From a virus (lineage: Duplodnaviria; Caudoviricetes), in the IMG/VR virus record IMGVR_UViG_3300031760_000048, positions 4,018-68,017 of that record: a stretch of DNA of 64,000 bases; one strand, given 5' to 3'. A program made the position numbers and the translations under genes. The notes under the pieces are model-generated. The model was given only the letters and a program-made list of their open reading frames with translations, was not told the DNA's origin and ran no database searches. Positions 16,632-27,200 of the stretch are shown here, one piece after another (the first letter of the stretch is position 1; each line of letters begins with the position of its first letter).

Positions 16632-17464
16632 CCGACTCTCCTTCCGCAAAAGAACAAGGCACTACTGATGAAGAAGATGAGGAGAAGCGTGAGTACGCTG
16701 CACTGTACCGCATCTTCAAAGAGTTCGTGAACAATATAGGTCGTGAAACACGAATGGCTGAATTGTTCGAAGAGCTGGCTGAATTACGCGCACAGTTCAT
16801 GATTGAAAGTGCTATTGATGGCTTCGGAATGGACTGGGAAGAAGCGTTGGATTTGCTGCGAGCAAAGAACAAAGGATTGACGATACAGGATAAAGAGAAG
16901 CGTGATATTCTTGTGGCTGCAGTAGATAATTTGATTGAATTTGCAGTAGCTGCGGAATTTCAAGTAATAGATAATTGTATTGGTGCGGATGGTGAGGTTG
17001 ACGAGAGCATATTTGAAAAATATAATGATGTTTATGCAGAAGTTGAGGCTGCTGATGCCTCGTATGCAATGGCGGTAGCTGCCGCTTGGGTACATTACGC
17101 TAACACATCTATTTTGACTTATATGACACAAGGGGATGATAGGGTACGACCTTGGCATCTGGCTTTGGAAGGAATTTCTTATCCCAAATCAGATTTCCCA
17201 GATTGGCTTATTCCGCCTATTGAACATAGATGCAGATGTTATCTTGTTGAAGAAGTATTGGGTGCGCATACTGATGAAATTTTGTGCAAGGCTGATGAAA
17301 AGATAAAAATGCCATCTTGGATGAACCCTACTTTCTCAGAGAGTGTATGTAAGGGCGGCAGAATCTTTAGTTTATCGCACCCTTACTTTGACATTCCTGA
17401 AGATAAGCAGAAGGCAATATCTCGTATAACCCGTAAAATTCAGAAAAAATGGCGGAACAAATAG
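16580..17464 (+). CDS. MuF/SPP1 gp7-like minor head protein, probably expressed as a -1 frameshift fusion to the portal
   Basis: YMTQGDDRVRPWH...PPIEHRCRC MuF motif; frame open from 16580, overlapping the A AAT TTT slippery site. Confidence 0.85.
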   Translation: MTKRSGGNNKFFEGRGLADSPSAKEQGTTDEEDEEKREYAALYRIFKEFVNNIGRETRMAELFEELAELRAQFMIESAIDGFGMDWEEALDLLRAKNKGLTIQDKEKRDILVAAVDNLIEFAVAAEFQVIDNCIGADGEVDESIFEKYNDVYAEVEAADASYAMAVAAAWVHYANTSILTYMTQGDDRVRPWHLALEGISYPKSDFPDWLIPPIEHRCRCYLVEEVLGAHTDEILCKADEKIKMPSWMNPTFSESVCKGGRIFSLSHPYFDIPEDKQKAISRITRKIQKKWRNK

Positions 17465-18018
17465 CAGCATCTGCAAGCAAAGAAGCGGCAAAAAGGAGAT
17501 ATAAAAAACCTCTGATTAAAACCACATATACAGTACTCACGCCAGAGCAGATGAAAGCGCAATGGTATCAAGCTACTGCTCGTTTCTTTTCATTGACGCA
17601 TACACTTGTCTATAATGCGGCAGTCATTACCAGAGATGTGTTTGTCGAGTCTTTTAAGATGAAACGATTTCAGACGGAGGGCAGTATGCCTTGGACCCCA
17701 AGAAAAAGAATTGGAGTGCGTGAAGGTAGTACTCGTCAGCATCCGTTATTGGTTGAAACTGGGGCGATGCGGGACTCTATTAAATTTTCAAGTCCTATTA
17801 CGAATGTTAGCGCTAAGACGCGAACGATGGAAATTACGACTAAGCCGCATCTTTATAAAACAAGGTCTAAGCGTAATCCTAATGGAATTATATATGCCGG
17901 TATTCACAATCAGGGAATAGGCAATATTCCACAGCGTCAGTTTATGGGATATTCAACGGTAGCTTTTGGGCGAATCAATAATAAAATTGAGCAGTTGTTT
18001 TCAAACTTTATAAAATGA
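17449..18018 (+). CDS. Mu gpG-like virion morphogenesis / tail completion protein
   Basis: F..EG..PW...LLVETGAMRDSI...YAGIHNQG..IPQRQFMG. Confidence 0.8.
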   Translation: MAEQIAASASKEAAKRRYKKPLIKTTYTVLTPEQMKAQWYQATARFFSLTHTLVYNAAVITRDVFVESFKMKRFQTEGSMPWTPRKRIGVREGSTRQHPLLVETGAMRDSIKFSSPITNVSAKTRTMEITTKPHLYKTRSKRNPNGIIYAGIHNQGIGNIPQRQFMGYSTVAFGRINNKIEQLFSNFIK

Positions 18019-18779
18019 TAGTAAAGAAAGATAAAACTGAGAAAGAGACTCAGCAGCTTGACGAAGAAAAGGTGTATTACACTCAGCCGTTGCAGGTAGC
18101 TGATGGCGATAGAACTTTGGAGAAGGTCAGCCTTAACCCTATCTCCGAAGCATATTATGCGTTGCGACGAATCTTGTTGTCGTTGAAAAAGAACCCCGAT
18201 GACCCCGATTCTCCGCCTTTATTCAATATGGTAAAATTGGACACGGGACAATTCGACCGAATTGTTTTAGATAAATACAATTCGCAGGATGCAATCGCGT
18301 TTCCAGCTGCGTTTATTCGATTTGTAGAAATGCGTTATTTGGCTTCTCAGCAAAATATATATGAGGGGCGCGCAGTAGCACGAATCAGATTTATATTGAA
18401 TAATATTGCAAATGAGGACTATCAGTACGAGTGTGATGGCTTTGCAGTATTTCAGCAGATAAATCAGGCGATACAAGATGCAAAATCTTCAGAGCCTGCC
18501 TTGACGAACAGATGCAACCTGTCCTATTTCGATATGCCGGAAACTATGAGTGATGGATTGCAGGCGTTTTGGATTGATTATGATGTGTGGTTTAACGATA
18601 TGTCAGCATGGGTATATCGTAACTGGGTTGAGCGCCGTCTTGTTTTTCCACCATTTACCAATCATTCAGATGCACCGGAATACGACACAGAGCATCATGG
18701 CGATCATACTGACGTGTCTTATGATGATGCAACGAAGTTTACAGATTATGCAGAAAATGAAGAGGAAGATGAAGAATAA
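18015..18779 (+). CDS. putative neck / tail terminator protein
   Basis: AIAFPAAFIRF motif; position in the head-tail module. Confidence 0.55.
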   Translation: MIVKKDKTEKETQQLDEEKVYYTQPLQVADGDRTLEKVSLNPISEAYYALRRILLSLKKNPDDPDSPPLFNMVKLDTGQFDRIVLDKYNSQDAIAFPAAFIRFVEMRYLASQQNIYEGRAVARIRFILNNIANEDYQYECDGFAVFQQINQAIQDAKSSEPALTNRCNLSYFDMPETMSDGLQAFWIDYDVWFNDMSAWVYRNWVERRLVFPPFTNHSDAPEYDTEHHGDHTDVSYDDATKFTDYAENEEEDEE

Positions 18780-18822
18780 CACAAAAAATATTCGCATTTT
18801 CTATTCTTAGCAAAAAGAGCAC

Positions 18823-20106
18823 ATGAAAGATTTACTATATGTGGTTGGCACAGCTGAAACGTCGCAGCCAGCAGTGATGCGATTTTATGGAGCTGTTACG
18901 GAAAGCACAGTTGAACAGTTCAACTCTGAGTTTCGTTGGTTGCATGATGTTGTCAAGCCATCCAAGATTGTAATTTATATCAACAGTGAGGGTGGCAGCG
19001 TGATACGCGGCATGTCATCATTTTCTATGGTGTTGGAATCTGAGATTCCTGTATGCACTATAATTGATGGTATTGCAGCTTCTATGGGTTCTGTTCTTTG
19101 GGCTGCTGGAAGCGAAAGATACATGCGCGATTATTCCATCTTGATGATTCACAATCCATTTTTAGGTTGTTCATGTTCAAGTGAAGAGCAGCAACAGCAA
19201 GTCATTTCAGCCTTCAAACATCAATTGGAGACAATTTACATGAAGCGTTTTGGTTTGACTAAATCTAAGGTCCGTGAGATTATGGATGGCGGCAAGGGCT
19301 GCGATGGTACTTATATGACTGCTCAGGATGCTATGGAGAATGGCTTTTTGGAGAAAGGTCATATTATTAAGACCAATGATAACCTAAAAAAGAAGGTTTC
19401 AGCTGCTATTGAAGGTGTAGAAAATATGTCTGCTGCTATGGCAGATATTGATAAAATTGTGGCAGAAGTAAGCGATTTTACACCAACTGCTGAAATAACT
19501 ACTATTTTTAATAAAAAGAGTAATAACAAAAATAATAACGACAAAAACATGAACGAGAAGTTGGAAATACTTAATTCGCTCTGTGCTCAGTTGGGTATCG
19601 GCGAATGTTCAGAAATCTCTCCAATCGTTGCAAAGATTACCGAAATGAAGGGAATGATTGCAAAGGTCACTGAGATGGAAGGAATGGTTGCAACTCTGAA
19701 GAAGTCTGTTGACGAGCTTAATATCAAGAAAGAAGGCTTGGAGGCACAGGTTGCAAACCTTACTAAGGAGAATGACTCTTTGGGTGCCAAGTTGCAGGTT
19801 TACAAGGATGCTGAGAAGAAGGCTAAGGATGCCGAGGTTGAAGCTCTTGTAGAGGATGCAATTAAGAACGGCAAAATTCCGGGCGAGTCTAAGGCTAAGT
19901 GGATTGAGATGGCTCAGAACTCTTTGGAGTTGGTTAAGGAGACTCTTAATTCAATTGCTCCAGTAGCTAAAATTACAGAAGAGATTGCAAACGACCCTAA
20001 GAATGTCCACGATGCAAACGCTCAGACTGACGCTGAGAAGGAGATGGAGGCAAAGCTGAAGGAAGTCGTAGGTGAGAACTTCGCTTTCCGTAAGTTTGAC
20101 GAATAA
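18823..20106 (+). CDS. ClpP-type prohead protease fused to a scaffold domain
   Basis: INSEGGSV, GIAASMGS, LMIHNP, MTAQDA..GF; C-terminal coiled coil with LVEDAIKNGKI. Confidence 0.9.
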   Translation: MKDLLYVVGTAETSQPAVMRFYGAVTESTVEQFNSEFRWLHDVVKPSKIVIYINSEGGSVIRGMSSFSMVLESEIPVCTIIDGIAASMGSVLWAAGSERYMRDYSILMIHNPFLGCSCSSEEQQQQVISAFKHQLETIYMKRFGLTKSKVREIMDGGKGCDGTYMTAQDAMENGFLEKGHIIKTNDNLKKKVSAAIEGVENMSAAMADIDKIVAEVSDFTPTAEITTIFNKKSNNKNNNDKNMNEKLEILNSLCAQLGIGECSEISPIVAKITEMKGMIAKVTEMEGMVATLKKSVDELNIKKEGLEAQVANLTKENDSLGAKLQVYKDAEKKAKDAEVEALVEDAIKNGKIPGESKAKWIEMAQNSLELVKETLNSIAPVAKITEEIANDPKNVHDANAQTDAEKEMEAKLKEVVGENFAFRKFDE

Positions 20107-20121
20107 AAATAAGTAAGAAAC

Positions 20122-21195
20122 ATGGCAACATTTAATTTTGTACAGAATGGTTATGCAGGCGAGGTTCTTGAGGACTTGCTAACCTATACCGCACAGGGTA
20201 ATGATACCTACAAGAATGGTTTGATTCACGTTCATCCGGGTATTCAGCATAAGCTTACTCTTCCAACAGTTCAGCTTGGTCCTATTATTCAGGATAATGT
20301 AGCTACACCAGCAGCGCCAAGTGGTAACACAGTAAGCGCAACAAGTCAGGGGCAGTACACAATTACTGAGCGCTTCTTGGAGCCACAGGACTTTATGGTG
20401 TACGTTGAGTTCAACCCACGCGATTTTGAGAAGTACTGGAAGTTTGCACAGCCACAGGGTCCGCTGGTATTCCGCAGTCTTAATCCAAAGGTTCAGGCAA
20501 CTATGTTGCGCCAGCTGGTTGAGAATAAGAACGCTTATATCGGTGATGCAATCTGGCTTTCTGCTAAGACTACAACTAAGGCTAAACTTACAAGTCCTAA
20601 TGGTCAGATTGAGCTTGGTGCAAATGACAGCTTTGGTACTCTTGGCTATTTTGACGGTGCAATTGCTCGTTTGTGTAAGAACATCGCTGCAACTGCTGCT
20701 AAGGACCCAGAGGAGGTTGCAGGCGGTCAGGCAATTCTGGCTGGTAGCACAGCTCTTTCAACAGGTCAGGCAGTTGAGAACGCATTGTATGCAATGTGGA
20801 CAGCTTGTCCTAAGCAGATTCGTAACAACCCTAACCTTACATTCATCACAAGCTGGGATGTATGGGATTTGTACGACCAGTACTTGACTTCTAAGGATGT
20901 TAAGTATTCTGACAATACTAAGGTTAATGATTACCGCTTCAAGGGTAAGAGAATCATTCCTATCGTTGGTATGCCAGAAAACACAATCATTCTTGGCGTC
21001 TTCTCTACTGGCAGAGATTCTAACCTTTGGATGGGTATCGATTATGCTAACGATCAGGAGGCAGTCAAGGTTGACAGACTTCAGAACAACTCTGAGTTGT
21101 ACTTCTTCCAGATGCGCATGAAGATGGATGTAAACATCGTCAAGCCAAAGGAGATTGTCGCTTGGACTAACTATTCTTACTCTTACGGAGCTTAA
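20122..21195 (+). CDS. major capsid protein
   Basis: directly after the protease; 357 aa with highly expressed-type codon bias; followed by a hairpin. Confidence 0.8.
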   Translation: MATFNFVQNGYAGEVLEDLLTYTAQGNDTYKNGLIHVHPGIQHKLTLPTVQLGPIIQDNVATPAAPSGNTVSATSQGQYTITERFLEPQDFMVYVEFNPRDFEKYWKFAQPQGPLVFRSLNPKVQATMLRQLVENKNAYIGDAIWLSAKTTTKAKLTSPNGQIELGANDSFGTLGYFDGAIARLCKNIAATAAKDPEEVAGGQAILAGSTALSTGQAVENALYAMWTACPKQIRNNPNLTFITSWDVWDLYDQYLTSKDVKYSDNTKVNDYRFKGKRIIPIVGMPENTIILGVFSTGRDSNLWMGIDYANDQEAVKVDRLQNNSELYFFQMRMKMDVNIVKPKEIVAWTNYSYSYGA

Positions 21196-21231
21196 TAGGA
21201 TCTGGCGTTTTTTGACATAATATTAACAAAC

Positions 21232-21263
21232 GAAAGGGGTAAGGCGTTTGCCCTGCCCCTTTC
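21232..21263 (+). terminator. hairpin after the capsid gene (terminator or stabiliser)
   Basis: GAAAGGGGTAAGGC-GTTT-GCCCTGCCCCTTTC; weak T tail. Confidence 0.55.
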
Positions 21264-21280
21264 ATCTTAAACATTAGAAA

Positions 21281-21601
21281 ATGAAAAAAACAGAAGACAA
21301 TATGCAGCAGAACGAAACTCTTGAAAATCAGACTGTAGTTGAGACACCAGAAAACGGTGGCGAGGGCACTGCTCCTGCTGAAGAAAATAGCAACATTATC
21401 GGCGCAACTCCAAAGGCATCTAACAAGAAGAAAAAGGACGATGCTGATACACTTACTGCCAGAGAGAAGGGTATTTTAAGTTCTTTCTCTAACTGTGCGG
21501 TAGTTTATCTTAACAAATTCGGCGGTGTATTTGACGCTAATGCACCAGAGCATTTGTTGAAGGAGTGTAAGAAGATAAACAACCCATTCTATCAGGAATA
21601 A
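21281..21601 (+). CDS. small virion-associated hypothetical protein
   Basis: 106 aa, between capsid and sheath. Confidence 0.65.
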   Translation: MKKTEDNMQQNETLENQTVVETPENGGEGTAPAEENSNIIGATPKASNKKKKDDADTLTAREKGILSSFSNCAVVYLNKFGGVFDANAPEHLLKECKKINNPFYQE

Positions 21602-21613
21602 AAATTTAAATAT

Positions 21614-22948
21614 ATGGCACTCGGAGGCGTATTTATTACAGATGCCGATGGTAATCTCGGCACAACCGGCACCGCTGCTAACGTAGCTGTGTCTGGCTTC
21701 TTGTTCGATATTTCCGGACAGGATAACTTTTGGAACTACGGTAGTGCCGCTGCGTTTAAAGATAAGCTTGACGGAACTCTTATTGAGCTGACATCTTTGG
21801 ACCAGTGTGCTGACTACGGTATTGTTCCGTATTCTGGCGATACTGAGACCGATTTGCTTTTTGGTATTCCTTATTACCATATTGAGCATTTCTTCAAGAT
21901 TCATCAGGGTACTGGTCGTTTGTTTATCATGTTTGCTGATTGTAGCGAGAATTGGAACGCTATTCAGGTAATGCAGCGTGCTGCGCATGGCATGATATAT
22001 CAGCTTGGTGTGTGGACAGAACAGAATCTGTGGGAGGATAGCGACCCAGAGGCATCTTACTACTCATTGAATTTGGTTAGTGAGATTGGTGAACAGGGTG
22101 CGGCATTGACTCGCGACAATGCTCCATTGTCTATTTTGCTTTGTGCTAATACAGCAACAGTTAAGACTGGCTCTATCCCAAGTGAGCAGGTTGATTTGTC
22201 TCGTATCCCAACTTTGCTGTCTACTTCTGGAACACGACGCTATGTGTCTGTACTATTGGGTCAGGAAGTAAGCCAGCAAGTGACTACAATGCAGAAGGCG
22301 CTTAATTCAAAGACTCCAGTCGGATGTTTGGGTGCAGCTCTTGGCGTTGTATCATCACTGGCAGTTAATGAGTCACTTGCTTGGGTTCGCGCAGCTGATT
22401 CTCTTGGTTTGTCTGACCTGTTCTCAAGTATTGAATTTGGTTTTGGCGATGTAAGTATTGATACTGACGATAAATTTGTCAGCACTCTCAAGTATGCAGC
22501 ATTGACATCTAACCAGATTGACACTTTTGACGATAAGGGATATATCTTCCTTTGCAAGTATGCAGGTCGTGAAAGTGAGGTATATTTCTCAAAGGACCAC
22601 ACTTGTTCATCAGGCGACTACAAGACTATCGCACGCAACCGTACTATGAATAAGACTCGTAGACTGGTTCGCGAGGCGTTGCTTCCTTACACAGGTGCTC
22701 CTTTGATGGTAAACCCTTCTTCAGGAACATTGGCGGATTCAACTATCGCTACCTTCAATTCGCTTGTGCGCAATATTTTGGCAGGAATGGTTGATTTGGG
22801 AGAGATTTCTGGATATTCTGTGACAATCGACGCGACACAGAATGTTTTGAAGACTGACACATTGTATATTAGCTATGCGGTTGTACCTGTCGGTACTGCT
22901 GATGCTATTCGTGTTACTCAGTCTTTGGCTTTAAGTACCTCTGAATAA
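21614..22948 (+). CDS. tail sheath protein (DUF2586-like)
   Basis: YYHIEHFF, KGYIFL..Y.G, DY.TIARNRTMNK..R, YAVVPVG. Confidence 0.88.
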   Translation: MALGGVFITDADGNLGTTGTAANVAVSGFLFDISGQDNFWNYGSAAAFKDKLDGTLIELTSLDQCADYGIVPYSGDTETDLLFGIPYYHIEHFFKIHQGTGRLFIMFADCSENWNAIQVMQRAAHGMIYQLGVWTEQNLWEDSDPEASYYSLNLVSEIGEQGAALTRDNAPLSILLCANTATVKTGSIPSEQVDLSRIPTLLSTSGTRRYVSVLLGQEVSQQVTTMQKALNSKTPVGCLGAALGVVSSLAVNESLAWVRAADSLGLSDLFSSIEFGFGDVSIDTDDKFVSTLKYAALTSNQIDTFDDKGYIFLCKYAGRESEVYFSKDHTCSSGDYKTIARNRTMNKTRRLVREALLPYTGAPLMVNPSSGTLADSTIATFNSLVRNILAGMVDLGEISGYSVTIDATQNVLKTDTLYISYAVVPVGTADAIRVTQSLALSTSE

Positions 22949-22959
22949 AATTGTAGTAT

Positions 22960-23448
22960 ATGGCAGTAATAAATAATGTATCGTATTCTTGGTCAATGAT
23001 CGAGATTTCGTTTCCAGACACTCTTGGCGGAGACGGTGCGGCAAAGCCAACTGGAAGCATTTTGAAGGGTATCACATCTATTAAATGGAACAAGACCCGT
23101 AAGGTTGAGAATAACTATGGCTTAGGCGGTGACGTTATTGGTCGTGGTTTTGGAAACCGTTCTTGTTCTGCTTCTATTGTGATGGATTATGCCCTGACAA
23201 ACTATTTGAGAACCATAGCAGGCGGCTCTCTTATGGATTTGGGAGAGTTTAACCTTACTATCTCGTTTTCTAACGGCGATTTCAGTAGCGGTGAAAATAC
23301 CATCAAGCCTCAGACAGTTGTGTTGGAGGGTTGTTTGTTTAACGAGGATGGTTTTGAGGCGCAGCAGGATGATACGAACATCACTCATGAGTTTGATTTG
23401 AACCCTTATCGTATCTTGATTGATGACAAGGAATCAAAGTGGCTGTAA
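22960..23448 (+). CDS. tail tube protein
   Basis: INNVSYSWSMI...YGLG..GRGFGN; follows the sheath. Confidence 0.82.
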   Translation: MAVINNVSYSWSMIEISFPDTLGGDGAAKPTGSILKGITSIKWNKTRKVENNYGLGGDVIGRGFGNRSCSASIVMDYALTNYLRTIAGGSLMDLGEFNLTISFSNGDFSSGENTIKPQTVVLEGCLFNEDGFEAQQDDTNITHEFDLNPYRILIDDKESKWL

Positions 23449-23468
23449 TTGTATAAATTAAAAAAGAG

Positions 23469-23496
23469 AGGAGTACTTTTAGTGCTCCTTTTTTTT
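23469..23496 (+). terminator. intrinsic terminator after the tube gene
   Basis: AGGAGTACT/AGTGCTCCT stem plus T run. Confidence 0.75.
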
Positions 23497-23560
23497 GTAT
23501 ATTATAACAAAACATCTTTTTTAGTTCTATTCTTTGATGATTTTTTAATTTTATACAGTT

Positions 23561-24037
23561 ATGAGTACAAACAAAAAAAACGACATGACAGAGTTCGATA
23601 AGCAGATTATTGCAGAAGGCGGTGAGCTTCCAGTGGAGGACACTAATACTACTTCAGTAGTTGATAATGAGGAAAACGAGCTTCCGCAGGAGCTTCTGGA
23701 CGAGATTCAGGCAAAGATAGAGTCTTTGCGCAAGGACAAAAAAGTAAAGCGTATTTATCCTATCGTTGTTGCCGGTGATGAGTTTGACGAGAAGCCATAT
23801 TACATTGCTTATCTCAAGCAGCCGGGCTTTACGGAGTTTACTCAGTACTTGGAGTATTCAAGTAGCGTAAACACAGCAGCCGCCATGAAAGAACTTGCCA
23901 AGAAGTGCTGGCTTGATGGAGATACCGAGGTTATTAACGATGATTCTTTGTTCCTCTTCGGGCTTGCTCCTCAGATGACTAAGATTATCGAAAGCCGTCA
24001 GTCTCGTATCGTGACTTTCTCAAAATCTGGGAAGTAA
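23561..24037 (+). CDS. tail assembly chaperone (gpG-like)
   Basis: between tube and tape measure; AYLKQP..CWLDGD.EV..DD motif. Confidence 0.75.
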   Translation: MSTNKKNDMTEFDKQIIAEGGELPVEDTNTTSVVDNEENELPQELLDEIQAKIESLRKDKKVKRIYPIVVAGDEFDEKPYYIAYLKQPGFTEFTQYLEYSSSVNTAAAMKELAKKCWLDGDTEVINDDSLFLFGLAPQMTKIIESRQSRIVTFSKSGK

Positions 24038-24225
24038 AGAAAAATGCCTATTGGCGGCAGCGAATGATTCTCATTCGTCATTACTTCCCAGCGATTGACA
24101 TTGATTCGCTCTCCGATGAAGAATTTGCCATGATTTCACAAGATGCGGTCTGGCTTCACAACCAGATGGTTATTGAGCAACAGGCTGCTATGCTTGGAAT
24201 GTTTGGCGGAGGCAGTGCAAAATAA
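24016..24225 (+). CDS. tail assembly chaperone -1 frame extension (gpT-like)
   Basis: open -1 frame FLKIWEVKKNAYWRQRMILIRHYFPAIDIDSLSDEEFAMISQDAVWL...SAK*. Confidence 0.65.
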   Translation, partial: FLKIWEVKKNAYWRQRMILIRHYFPAIDIDSLSDEEFAMISQDAVWLHNQMVIEQQAAMLGMFGGGSAK

Positions 24226-24260
24226 AAGGTGGTTTACCCGTGGTGGTCAAACCACCTTTT
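24224..24260 (+). terminator. hairpin/terminator before the tape measure gene
   Basis: AAAAGGTGGTTT/AAACCACCTTTT. Confidence 0.55.
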
Positions 24261-24297
24261 ATGCGTTTAATCTATTCTTTATAAAATATTTTAACAC

Positions 24298-27200
24298 ATG
24301 GCAGAACAGAATTTTGCGGTCAATTACAAGATAAACGTCGTTGACAATGGAAGCAAGTCCATAAAGAGTTTTACGGACGCGCTTGCAACATTGTCAAATA
24401 AAGATCCATTTAGCGGTATAAAAGCGTCTCTTGTTACTTTTCAAGATCAAGTAGCGAGTGTTACAGCGTCTCTTAACCAAATTGGAAATGCAAAAGTAAA
24501 AAAAATAGGCATATCATTTACACCTGAGTCATGGAGAAATATAGAACAAGCAAAAAAGAAGATTGCGACTATTTCATCTGACCGGTCAATTTCTATAAGC
24601 ATAAACGCTCAAAATGCACACCGCTCAATAGATAAACTGGAAACACGTTTAAAAAAACTCTGTGGAAAGGGGTATATAATTCCTGTGTCGGTTGGCACTC
24701 CGCCGACATCATCTGGCAATAGCACTACCCGTTCTGCGGTTGGTACTATGAGAAATACAAGAGTAAGAGCTACCGCGCCCACTACTTTCCGTAGCGTTAT
24801 GGGACCTACTTATTTTAATAGTGGACCTAATGTGGCACGGGAAATGGTTAAGGGCATGGGTATGATGTATGGCTTGCAGGCTGTTATAAGCGGTATTTCT
24901 GGTGCTGTTAAAGATGCAATATCATATCAGAATATTTCTCAGACTACCAAGAATATCTTGCAGGCTAACGATACGAGAGGTGGCTTTAATGAGCGCTTTA
25001 ATGCGATGAATATGACCTTGCGTAATATTGGAGTGCAGACTAAGTTTACAGCTCCGGAGGTAGCAAGCGCAGGTAAATTCTTGGCAATGGCAGGACAAGG
25101 TGTTGAGGAAATTCAGGGTAGTATGCGCGCTATTGCTAATCTGGCGTTGATTGGTGATACGGATTTAGGACAGACTGCTGATGTAACGACAAACATTATG
25201 GCTGGCTTTAATATTAAAGCAAGCCAAATGGACCGTGTAGCCGATGTATTGACAAAGACGTTTACATCATCTAACACTACATTGATGGAACTTGCTGAGT
25301 CGTTCAAATATGTAGGTAGTATATCTCGTCAGGCAGGCTTGAAGTTTGAGGACGTTGCGGCAGCAATGGGCGTGTTGGGTAATGCTGGTGTAAAAGGATC
25401 TTCAGCTGGTACTGCGTTGCGTAATATTATTTATAATGTATTGGCTCCTACAAAGAAGCAGGCTGAAGCATGGAAATCTACCGGCATTAAGACTACCGAC
25501 GAATATGGTAATATGCGTAGTCTCTCAGATTTGTTTGCAGACTTAGGGCGATATACACAGGACATGACCAGCGAAAGTAAGGTGAAACTGTTTAGTGCAT
25601 TGTTCTTCAAGCGTGCAAGTACATCAGCAGCTTCACTTGGTATCAATGCGGCTAATATCGATAAAATCTTTAAAGCATCCTCCAGCACGTCTTCAATGGG
25701 TATTGCACATGATTTGGCATGGGCTAAGAATAATATGACGGTGGAAGGTCTTTGGCATCAGACTACATCTGCGTTTACGGAAGCTGGCATTAAGGCTTTT
25801 GAGTCTATTCAAAGTTCTTTAATGGGATTCTTACGAGAATTGACTGAAAAGTTTAAACGACCGGAATTTGTTGAGCAAATGAAATCTGGTATGCAGTTTA
25901 TGTTAGATATTGTCAAGGCTATCGTAGATGCTATTGGCACGATTGGCAAAATGTGGACAAACACTCCTGATTATTTTAAATCAATCTTTAAAACATTTGT
26001 TACAGTACAGATGTGGATGGGTATAGTGTTAAGTCCTATTAAGGCATTAGCCTCTATGTTGTCACCATTAGGTGCATTGGTAAAACGAACTCAAGCAATA
26101 GCGTCTGGGGAGATTATTGCTAATGGCGGAGCTAATACAACTGGTGGTAGACTGTCGCGAGGGGTAATGTATACCCGTGGGCGAGTAAATCAAACTTATG
26201 CAAGATGGCGTTATAGAGGTTTGTCTAATTTGGCGGGTATGTATTTTGCAAATCACCCAATACAGGCAAGTCCATTGTCAAATGCAGGGCGTAAGGCTAT
26301 CACAAGATATGCAGCACATGCACCGGGAATGTTTACATTTGACCGTAAGTTGGGTAGGTTTGTTCCTACACAAATGGATTTATTCCGATATACGGGACCT
26401 AATGATGATTATTACAGATCACGAATTGATTCACGTCAGGCTGCATTAGTTCGCTATCAGCGTATGCGGCAGCGTTCATTTATACATAATCCATTAGGCG
26501 TAATGCAGCAGTCTTCGGTTAGGAGTATTCGTATGACTGGTGCAGCTCTTAGCAGAATAGGTAAAGCTGCAGGCATAGCTAAGGCTGGAATTACTTCAGT
26601 ATTAGGTGCGTTAGGTATTGCTCCTTGGATGGCGGCAGTTGCTGCTGTAGGTGCGTTTGCTTATGGTGTTTATCGGGCAAATGCGGCAGCAGATAAAGCA
26701 TCGGAATCGTTCAGCCGAATGAATATGGCTGCTAAGTCATTGACCGAAACAAACATTGACTGGAGCGATTCAAATGCGCTTATCCTTAGCCAGATGGGTA
26801 CGGTGTCTTCATGGCTATCTACCGAATCTGACAAGGTATTAGCCGCTGCTGATGTATGGAATAAATTCTGGAGAGAGAGGTCTGGTGTTGACGCTCCGAA
26901 GCCTGACGCTTTATTTAAAGACCAGAACTCTGCATATAATGATGTCATAAATACCACCACAGGCTTTAATGGGTGGTGGAACCGTGATGGTAAAAATTGG
27001 CGTTTGGCTAATGCAGTAGCCGCTCAATATGGCTTGATCAATCTTAATGAAAAAGATTCTTCCAAGCGCTATTATATGCGTAGGCTGAATAAGAATACAG
27101 GCGATAAAGATGCTTTGCAGGCATTAAGCGTGTATGCTTATGCTATGAGCGGCGATAATCCAAAAGTCAAGCAGTATAAGAGAGGCTTGATTGAGGATAT

